Positions 54,278 through 60,394 of a stretch of DNA of 60,394 nt are shown here, piece by piece. Below the pieces are notes generated by a model. It worked only from the letters and a program-made list of their open reading frames with translations. It was not told the DNA's origin and did not search any database. A program made the translations under genes and the position numbers. Each line of letters begins with the position of its first letter. Positions within the stretch are counted from its first letter, which is position 1. The DNA lies in the IMG/VR virus record IMGVR_UViG_3300037478_000635, positions 1 to 60,394 of that record. One strand, written 5' to 3'. Origin of the DNA: a virus (lineage: Duplodnaviria > Caudoviricetes).

Positions 54278-54307
54278 AGGGTAGCGCCGCGGCGGGGCGA
54301 GCGGGAA
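54278..54307 (-). promoter_or_regulatory. putative late-strand promoter
   Basis: TTCCCG-18 nt-TACCCT with an A/T-rich UP-like tract upstream. Confidence 0.4.
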
Positions 54308-54560
54308 AAAATTTCGCGAAAAAGTTTGCTGAGTCAGGGCTCGCTCTGAGCCTCTCCCCCCGGGGGCACCCTCGCGGACAATGCATGAGGCGTACCGACT
54401 GTGCGTCTGCACGATGCGCGCCGGCCATTGTCCGCGCTCAGCTGCTAGCAGGTAGCGACGCGCATCGCGGCCAGGGCGCTCGCCTACGCCCCAGCAGCGC
54501 GCCACCCTCAGCCGACAGGAGACAGGTCGCGCAGCCCGGCCGGAGCTCGTCAGCGCGCAG

Positions 54561-54668
54561 CCTGAGCAGCCAGACGCCCGGCCCTCGCGTTCGCTCTCGA
54601 GAGCGCGCGCAGCCAGCCGCCTGAGCAGCCAGCAGCCAGCAGCCTGAGCAGCCAGCAGCCAGCAGCCC
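54561..54668. repeat. tandem short repeats: 23-bp unit CCTGAGCAGCCAGCAGCCAGCAG x2 built from AGCAGCC heptamers
   Basis: Exact copies at 54620-54642 and 54643-54665; partial copy at 54561-54573. Confidence 0.9.
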
Positions 54669-54697
54669 TTGACAGCCGCGCGCCGCTCAGCTACTAT
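54669..54697 (+). promoter_or_regulatory. sigma70-type early promoter
   Basis: TTGACA (54669-54674), 17-nt spacer, TACTAT (54692-54697), at the strand switch. Confidence 0.85.
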
Positions 54698-54719
54698 GGC
54701 ATCTTGACAGGTTGACAGC

Positions 54720-54857
54720 ATGACATACACCCTCACTCGATTGGCGATCGCAGCAGCAGCGGCGGCGATGGTGGCGCGTGGGCTCCACGCCGCCATCCTG
54801 CCTGCCTTCGCTGATGTCGCCGCGCGGCTCGATCGCATCGCGCGGGCGATCGAGTAG
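54720..54857 (+). CDS. 45-aa first early peptide (hydrophobic/amphipathic)
   Basis: ATG just downstream of the promoter; MTYTLTRLAIAAAAAAMVARGLHAAILPAFADVAARLDRIARAIE; below the ORF-track cutoff. Confidence 0.5.
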   Translation: MTYTLTRLAIAAAAAAMVARGLHAAILPAFADVAARLDRIARAIE

Positions 54858-54914
54858 GAGCTGAGGAACAGGGGGCGACGCAGCAGCAGCAGTAGGGGAA
54901 GAGGGGAGACCGAC

Positions 54915-55112
54915 ATGAAACACGCCTATCAAGCGGCCTGCGAGTGCGCACGCTGCAACCGGGAGCGAGTACGACGCGAGCGACAGGCGCGCACCGTACC
55001 CGAAGTCATGAACGACTGGACGCGCAGCTGGAACCGTCGTCGCGCGCGCGTCGCTCATGAGTACTGGGACGCCTACGAAAGTGGGCGGCCCATGAGCAGT
55101 GACGACTACTAG
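54915..55112 (+). CDS. small early protein
   Basis: GGGGAG RBS; H...CECARC. Confidence 0.65.
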   Translation: MKHAYQAACECARCNRERVRRERQARTVPEVMNDWTRSWNRRRARVAHEYWDAYESGRPMSSDDY

Positions 55113-55121
55113 GAGGGACCG

Positions 55122-55472
55122 ATGACTGTGAGATTCACCGACAACGCGAAGGGTTCGCCGGCCGGCAAGCTGGCGGATGCCGAACTCCACTTCGACGACG
55201 GGCCGCTCGACGGGCTGAAGCTGATCGGCTTCATGGTCTGGGCGCGCCGCACCGGCGGCCGGAGCGTCACCTTCCCGGCGCGGCAGTACTCCGTGAACGG
55301 CGAGCGGCGATCCTTCGCGCTCCTCCGGCCGATCGTCGACGCGGCCGGCCAGGACCGGATCCGGGATCTGATTCTCGCCGCCTACGCCGAGCACGAGGCA
55401 CAGCTGGCCGACGACCAAGATCCTCCCGCGCGCTGGGCGCACAGGTGCGAGCAGGCACGTAAGACGCGGTAG
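55122..55472 (+). CDS. SpoVG-like nucleic-acid-binding protein
   Basis: LADAELHF..LKLIGFMVW...SVTFPAR...LLRPI...IRDLILAAY matches the SpoVG fold pattern. Confidence 0.65.
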   Translation: MTVRFTDNAKGSPAGKLADAELHFDDGPLDGLKLIGFMVWARRTGGRSVTFPARQYSVNGERRSFALLRPIVDAAGQDRIRDLILAAYAEHEAQLADDQDPPARWAHRCEQARKTR

Positions 55473-55477
55473 CAGGA

Positions 55478-55552
55478 AACGCAGACGGCAGCGGGGCAGG
55501 GGAGACCCAGCCCTGCTGGAATGCGGCGCGCCCGGTCCGAAGCCCTGGGCAC
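55478..55552 (+). ncRNA. twister self-cleaving ribozyme, circularly permuted (type P5-like), copy 1
   Basis: P2' CGCA, L1 GACGG, P1 CAGC/GCTG capped by a GAGA hairpin, G^AA, P2 TGCG, GC, P4 closing loop GTCCGAAGCC; pseudoknots CCG:CGG and GC:GC; predicted cut 55519/55520. Confidence 0.85.
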
Positions 55553-55582
55553 CCTCGCATCGACCCTGGGAGGGGTCCTCCG

Positions 55583-56758
55583 ATGAACCTACACACCGCC
55601 GCGACCGAATACGCCAACCGCCCCGCAGACGAACGCTACGCCAGTCCCTCCGCCATGCTCGAGGCCGCCCAGCACGATCGGCAGCACTCGAGGGAGGTCA
55701 GCTACCAGACGCGGGATCTCACCGTCGTTCCGACCGTCGTCACGGCCGCCGGCGCGCCACTGCAGGCGCAGCCCGGGCAAGCGACCGCGATCGCGACGTC
55801 CCTCAGCCTGCAGAGTCCGCGCGGGCAAGCCAGCTTCACCCATTGGAGTTTCGGCCAGCTCGCCCGCATGGTGGGCGCGCCGGCCAGCTACCTTCGCGAG
55901 CTGCCGGCGGGCATCGCGGCCGAGGCGATCAACTACGGCCTACACGAATCGACGGAGCATGCGACCGATGCCAAGCTGCTCGTGAGAGCGAACGGCGAGC
56001 AGCCCGTGATTCGGGCGTGTACCTCCGAGACCTACGGCCGGGTCTGGGATGCCGACCTGTACGGCGCGGTCCTGCAGACGCTCGGCCAGGATGATTGGCA
56101 GACGCCGCCTACCTGGACCGGCGAGCCGGCCGGCGCCTACCGCGGCGATCGGGATAGTTTCCTGATCCTCGTCGACGGCGGAAGCATCGTCACTGATCCG
56201 AGTCTGCGCGCAACCGACGGGCCGAGCAGCCCGCTCGCGAGCGGCGGCGATCCGACAGGGCTCTATCGCGGCGTCATGCTGCGTAACAGCGAAGTCGGCG
56301 CCAGCAGCATCGCAATCGACCTGATCCTCTTCCGCTTCATTTGCGGCAATCACCTGATCTGGGGCGGCCAGTACCAGCAGCGGTTCCGCCGACGTCACAC
56401 CGGGGCCCATGCGGGCCGCGATGCGCTGCGCACGATCTACCAGGCGGCCCGGCAGTGGGCCCAGACACCCGCCAGCGCCGACGAGCGGATCATTCTCGAT
56501 CTGACATCGCGCGAGCTGGCGCACACCCGCGACGCCGTGATCGATGAGCTGCGCGCGCTCGGCGCGACGCGCGAGCAGGCCACGGCGGCCTACGACACCT
56601 GCGAGCAGACCGAGCGGGTCAGCCCGCGATCGTACTGGGGGGCCGCGCAAGGGCTCACGCGCATCAGTCAGGCGAGCGGGTACCAGGATCAGCGGTTCGA
56701 GCTCGACCAGGTCGCCGCGGCCGTGCTCGCGCGCGGCCGGAACCTGGTGACGGTGTAG
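55583..56758 (+). CDS. DUF932-like protein
   Basis: THWSFGQLA..GAPA.YL, IRACTSETYGR, LRNSEVGASSI, RFICGNHLI. Confidence 0.7.
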   Translation: MNLHTAATEYANRPADERYASPSAMLEAAQHDRQHSREVSYQTRDLTVVPTVVTAAGAPLQAQPGQATAIATSLSLQSPRGQASFTHWSFGQLARMVGAPASYLRELPAGIAAEAINYGLHESTEHATDAKLLVRANGEQPVIRACTSETYGRVWDADLYGAVLQTLGQDDWQTPPTWTGEPAGAYRGDRDSFLILVDGGSIVTDPSLRATDGPSSPLASGGDPTGLYRGVMLRNSEVGASSIAIDLILFRFICGNHLIWGGQYQQRFRRRHTGAHAGRDALRTIYQAARQWAQTPASADERIILDLTSRELAHTRDAVIDELRALGATREQATAAYDTCEQTERVSPRSYWGAAQGLTRISQASGYQDQRFELDQVAAAVLARGRNLVTV

Positions 56759-56760
56759 TC

Positions 56761-57006
56761 ATGCGGTATGGCCAACTCCCGGCGCCTCGCCCCGACGTCA
56801 GACGAAAGGACGGCTCGACGCTGCTCAGCCGGCAACCGTTTCTCTACTGCTCGGTCTGCGGAGGCCAGTACTCCTCCGATCCGTCCGACTACTTCATGGT
56901 CAACCCGGCGACCGAGATCCGGTGCTGCCGCCGGCTCATGCGGCTCGTAGACGAGCGTATCGAATACGTCGACGTGCCGATCACGGCGGCGACGCCTCCC
57001 GCCTGA
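56761..57006 (+). CDS. small Zn-ribbon protein
   Basis: CSVCG...YSS.PSDYF...CC. Confidence 0.6.
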   Translation: MRYGQLPAPRPDVRRKDGSTLLSRQPFLYCSVCGGQYSSDPSDYFMVNPATEIRCCRRLMRLVDERIEYVDVPITAATPPA

Positions 57007-57009
57007 GCG

Positions 57010-57086
57010 AACGCAGACGGCAGCCGGCTGAGCCCTCGCGGGGCAGCCGGCTGGAATGCGGCAGGGCCCGTCCGAAGCCGGGCCCC
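57010..57086 (+). ncRNA. twister self-cleaving ribozyme, circularly permuted (type P5-like), copy 2
   Basis: Same core as copy 1 with different but still paired P1 extension and P4 (GGGCCC/GGGCCC); predicted cut 57054/57055. Confidence 0.85.
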
Positions 57087-57107
57087 AGTCCCCAGGAGAG
57101 GACCAGC

Positions 57108-57497
57108 ATGACGACGCCGACGACGTACCCGCGTTTGCCTGACCCGCCGGCCCGCGGCCCCGAAGAGCCGATCGCCCACTATGGCGCGCGCCTCTTCACG
57201 TGGCTGCTCGCCTCGGACGTGACCGCGACCTGCAGCGATGTCGACCTGGAACGCGCGCTCACGGCGTCGACCGCGGCGATCGCTCAACCCGACCTGTCCC
57301 CGATCGCCCTGGCGCGGATCGTGGACATGCGGCGACGCCTGACCAGCGCCCTGGCGCATCGGCGCGGCGCGCCCGCAGGGCCTCCGGCGAGCGTAGCGCC
57401 CCCGCAGCGCGAGCTGTCCGGCGGACGGCCGGCCGCCCTCGTCCGGCCCCCGGCCTCGCAGCCGCCGGGCGGCGCACTGGCCGAGCTGGAGTTCTGA
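57108..57497 (+). CDS. hypothetical early protein
   Basis: AGGAGAGG RBS, ATG 57108. Confidence 0.65.
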   Translation: MTTPTTYPRLPDPPARGPEEPIAHYGARLFTWLLASDVTATCSDVDLERALTASTAAIAQPDLSPIALARIVDMRRRLTSALAHRRGAPAGPPASVAPPQRELSGGRPAALVRPPASQPPGGALAELEF

Positions 57498-57506
57498 GGG
57501 GGCGTT

Positions 57507-57959
57507 ATGCGACGACGCCGCCGGACCCTCACCCTACGGAGCGCACGCGCCGGCCATGCCGTGATCGAGTGGCAGACGCCGGCCCGCACGCCCTATCGGT
57601 ACCACGTCACGGTGTACCTCGCCGCCTGTTATGGCGATGCGGGCGCGCTCTACCTCGGCGCGGCGCCGTCGCTCGCCCAGGCCCGCGCGGCCGTCCGGGC
57701 GCACTGGCAGCAGCGGGAAGGCTTAGGGGCCCACGACACGCGGGCGCGCCACGGCTCGGCCTGTTATTGCCCGGCGTGTTGCGCCAGCGCCGAGACCTGG
57801 TTCGCGTGGCGGTCGCCCGGCGGCGGCCACCGATCGGGGACGGGGGCGCGGTACTGGACGCTGAGCGAGGCGCTGACCGAGCGCAAGCAGGCACAGGGGG
57901 ATGGGCGGACGGAGCTGTGGTTCGAGGCGCCGGCGCATCGCAAGTTGATCGTTTTGTGA
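57507..57959 (+). CDS. hypothetical early protein
   Basis: GAGGGGG RBS; H...CYCPAC. Confidence 0.6.
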   Translation: MRRRRRTLTLRSARAGHAVIEWQTPARTPYRYHVTVYLAACYGDAGALYLGAAPSLAQARAAVRAHWQQREGLGAHDTRARHGSACYCPACCASAETWFAWRSPGGGHRSGTGARYWTLSEALTERKQAQGDGRTELWFEAPAHRKLIVL

Positions 57960-57973
57960 GAGGGAGGGTAGTT

Positions 57974-58177
57974 ATGGCGACACGACGACGACGGCCGCAC
58001 GCGACCACGCCAACACACGAAGTGGTGGACTTCGGCCCCGGGCCGATCGATGAGACCCAAGATTATCCCTACGCAGGGAGCGAAGCCGAGTGCTTCGCTT
58101 GGCTGGACGCCCACCAAGTCACGATCGATGGACGCGATCGGTTCGCGATGCAGGTGATTCCGGACGACGACGAGTAA
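57974..58177 (+). CDS. small acidic early protein
   Basis: GGGAGG RBS; YAGSEAECFAWL. Confidence 0.6.
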   Translation: MATRRRRPHATTPTHEVVDFGPGPIDETQDYPYAGSEAECFAWLDAHQVTIDGRDRFAMQVIPDDDE

Positions 58178-58536
58178 TGCGCGCGCTCCTGCTCACCGTC
58201 GCGGTCATGGGCGTCCTGGCGCCGGGGCGCGCGGCGGCCCAAGAGGTACGCTGGCTGTACCCGAGTCTCCTCGCGGCGCAGGCGAGCGACGTCCACTCGA
58301 CGCGCCTGGCGCTCACCCGGCAGACCGGCCGGGAGATCAACCCGCTCCTGGTCGACTGCGCCCACTCGACGCCCTGTCTCATCGGCGTGAAGGCTGTGGG
58401 AACCGGGGCGATCCTCCTCATCGTGGAGCGGGTGCGGAAGAAGCACAAGCGCGCGGCCTTCTGGGCCACGGCCGCGATCGTGGCGGTAACCGCCGGTGCC
58501 GCGTGGCACAACTACCGCGTGGCCCGTCCACGCTGA
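58177..58536 (+). CDS. exported/membrane protein
   Basis: Signal-peptide-like start ending AAAQ; D..ST...REINPLL; two TM-like segments. Confidence 0.65.
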   Translation: MRALLLTVAVMGVLAPGRAAAQEVRWLYPSLLAAQASDVHSTRLALTRQTGREINPLLVDCAHSTPCLIGVKAVGTGAILLIVERVRKKHKRAAFWATAAIVAVTAGAAWHNYRVARPR

Positions 58537-58547
58537 GGAGACTCCCC

Positions 58548-58784
58548 ATGATCTACATCCGCATCGGCTCACACCGGGCGCGGCAGTACGCCTTCGACGC
58601 AATCGGCCGCAAACCGCAGGGGTATTGGTCGTGGCAGCGTCGGAGCACGGGCGGGTTTTATGCCGTCACCGAGGCGGAGTACGCCGCGATCCGCGCGGCG
58701 GCGGCCGGCTGCCGCTGGGCCACGAGTACCACGCGGCTCCGCGGCCCGTACGACGACCTGATGGAAACCATTTCGCATTTCTGA
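58548..58784 (+). CDS. small early protein
   Basis: GAGGAG RBS. Confidence 0.6.
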   Translation: MIYIRIGSHRARQYAFDAIGRKPQGYWSWQRRSTGGFYAVTEAEYAAIRAAAAGCRWATSTTRLRGPYDDLMETISHF

Positions 58785-58794
58785 GGAGACGACC

Positions 58795-59502
58795 ATGCTC
58801 ATTCACCGCAATGTCCTGAACGCCGCGCTCGCCGGCATCGACCGCGAGCCCGACACCCGTTATCCGACCACCAGCATCGAGATCCGCCCTGATGGCCACG
58901 TCGCCAGTACCGACGGCCACGTGGCGCTGGTGGCCGTCGGCACCGAGGCGCCCCCCGATGCCGACTTCCCCTCGCGCGGGATCCCCGAGCTGACCGATCT
59001 GCCGACGGCGATCGTCGTCCTGGGCGAGACGGTTCGCGGCCTGCTCGGCGCGATGCTGAGGCGATCGATGATCCCGGTCCTGGAGTACCTGCGCACAGGC
59101 CGTAACGGCGATGAGAGCGCAGTCCTCGCCGTGACCGACCTGCAGGCCCCGCGTGTGGCGCACATAGATCTGAGGGCTATGGCGACGTTCCCCAACATCG
59201 GGCGCACGATCCCGAAGGCGGACGCGGCCTACATCCGCGTGCCGCTGAGCGTCGAGGTGCTGGAGAAGATCTGTCGGGCGACGAAGGCGGCGTATGCCGG
59301 GCGGCCGGTCCGTAGTCGCTCCGGCAAGCTGCTGGCTCCCATCGTCACGCTGTGCATCCCGACGGATCCGGCGGCGCAGTGGACGACGACGGACGCCGGA
59401 GGGGGCAAGCAGCCGAACGGCGTCCTGGCGACTGCGCTGCGGCTTGAGATCACCGCCCCAACGGTGGAGATCGAAGGCGCGGCGATGCCGGTGCGGCTCT
59501 AG
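58795..59502 (+). CDS. DNA sliding-clamp (beta subunit)-like protein, partial
   Basis: DTRYP, VASTDGHVAL, TFPNIGRTIP, C-terminal AAMPVRL echo DnaN domains 2-3. Confidence 0.6.
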   Translation: MLIHRNVLNAALAGIDREPDTRYPTTSIEIRPDGHVASTDGHVALVAVGTEAPPDADFPSRGIPELTDLPTAIVVLGETVRGLLGAMLRRSMIPVLEYLRTGRNGDESAVLAVTDLQAPRVAHIDLRAMATFPNIGRTIPKADAAYIRVPLSVEVLEKICRATKAAYAGRPVRSRSGKLLAPIVTLCIPTDPAAQWTTTDAGGGKQPNGVLATALRLEITAPTVEIEGAAMPVRL

Positions 59503-59582
59503 ACTCTGAGAGCAAGGCGGGCGCGCCGGACTCGGGCCGCTGGCCGGCGCGCCTCGGCCCATCAGTGGCGGGGGAGACGACC

Positions 59583-59768
59583 ATGACCATGACGATCAAC
59601 GCTGAGGACGCCCGGACCCCACATGACCCGCGCTTGACCGCCTACGAAGCGGGTCGCTGGTATGCCATCCATGGACAGACGCTACCTGCGGGCGCGTCCC
59701 GCGACTGCCAGCGCGGCTATTGGGCAGAGATCCTGGCCAAGGGCACGCCGGACCATCCGGAGGGCTGA
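59583..59768 (+). CDS. small early protein
   Basis: GGGGAG RBS. Confidence 0.5.
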   Translation: MTMTINAEDARTPHDPRLTAYEAGRWYAIHGQTLPAGASRDCQRGYWAEILAKGTPDHPEG

Positions 59769-59770
59769 TC

Positions 59771-60295
59771 GTGCCCCACGAATCCACCGCCCCCGCCGGC
59801 ACCCGGTTCTTCGCTCGCCTCGATCGCTTCCACTGCGAGTGCCCGAGCTGCGCCTGCCTCATCGTCGCGGCGAAGGACCCGAACCAGACGCCCGCGCGGC
59901 TCCGGCGGATGGGCGCCCGTCTGACCACGTACAACCCGCTGACCTCGACCCTCTACTGCCCCCGCTGCCGGCGCAGCTTCGGCGTCGGGCTGCTGCTCTG
60001 GCCCATCCAGCGGGGCGGCCGGAAGCACCAGATCCCCGCCGACCACCAGCCCACCCGCCGGCAGCTGCGCGACCTGGCGCAGTACGCCTATGGCATCTGG
60101 GCCGACGAGGTGAAGAAGCAGGGGGACGCGCTCAACGTCGCGGTCGACCAGGCGTGCACCTGCCCGCAGGAGGAGGGCGGCTGGGCGCCCCGGTGCCCCG
60201 TCCACGGCTGGGAGCGGCATCTCGAGCGGCAGCGGGCCTTATGGGGAGATGAGGGGGGTGGAGGGGCTGGCGGGGAGGGGGAGGAGTCTGGTTAG
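59771..60295 (+). CDS. Cys-rich Zn-finger protein
   Basis: CPSC, CPRC, CTC...CPVHG. Confidence 0.65.
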   Translation: MPHESTAPAGTRFFARLDRFHCECPSCACLIVAAKDPNQTPARLRRMGARLTTYNPLTSTLYCPRCRRSFGVGLLLWPIQRGGRKHQIPADHQPTRRQLRDLAQYAYGIWADEVKKQGDALNVAVDQACTCPQEEGGWAPRCPVHGWERHLERQRALWGDEGGGGAGGEGEESG

Positions 60296-60314
60296 GGGAT
60301 CGCGCGTACGCGAG

Positions 60315-60390
60315 GCCACTTTTGGCACTTTCGCCGCTATCTCCTACTGTACACAGGGCTTAGCAAAGTGCGAGATAGTGCAAAGTGCAA
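60315..60390. repeat. imperfect inverted repeat with CACTTT/AAAGTG units (origin-like)
   Basis: CACTTT x2 then AAAGTGC x2, plus CTATCTC/GAGATAG arms; lower GC than flanks. Confidence 0.55.
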
Positions 60391-60394
60391 GCCT

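Noticed and set aside
54561-54668. Repeat array as a possible CRISPR or mini-array
   Set aside because: Units are directly tandem with no unique spacers, and no cas genes are seen
55478-55552. Reading the repeated RNA motif as a c-di-GMP-I riboswitch or terminator
   Set aside because: It lacks the GEMM core (GGCAAAC...GACGCAAA) and a U-tract; the twister double-pseudoknot explains all conserved bases
1-60394. Prophage or lysogeny module, tRNAs, reverse transcriptase/DGR
   Set aside because: I found no integrase, CI-like repressor, att-like duplication, cloverleaf, or RT motif with TR/VR pair by eye; the window is incomplete, so absence is not proven

Overview
The window is most of a GC-rich, podovirus-like (short-tailed) dsDNA phage genome in three blocks. 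(1) 1-18.6 kb, + strand: replication and modification genes. These include a Pif1/RecD-like helicase, a cold-shock protein, an HNH endonuclease, two adenine methyltransferases and a family-A DNA polymerase with an N-terminal UDG-family-4 domain. A dispersed glycan-building set is also here: four glycosyltransferases, a sulfotransferase-like protein, two SAM methyltransferase paralogs and an NDP-hexose C-methyltransferase. (2) 18.6-54.3 kb, - strand: virion and lysis genes, including terminase, portal, scaffold, major capsid, three adaptor/ring-like proteins, a large tail nozzle, ejection proteins with an SLT domain, a GH-A fold hydrolase and membrane proteins. (3) 54.7-60.3 kb, + strand: early genes behind a near-consensus sigma70 promoter. 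The strongest unannotated signal is two intergenic, same-strand elements (55478-55552 and 57010-57086) that match a circularly permuted twister self-cleaving ribozyme. They bracket a DUF932-like gene and would excise a ~1.5 kb RNA with ligatable ends. I saw no integrase, repressor, primase, tRNA or CRISPR array, and both ends look truncated. All family assignments come from motif recognition by eye, not database searches.
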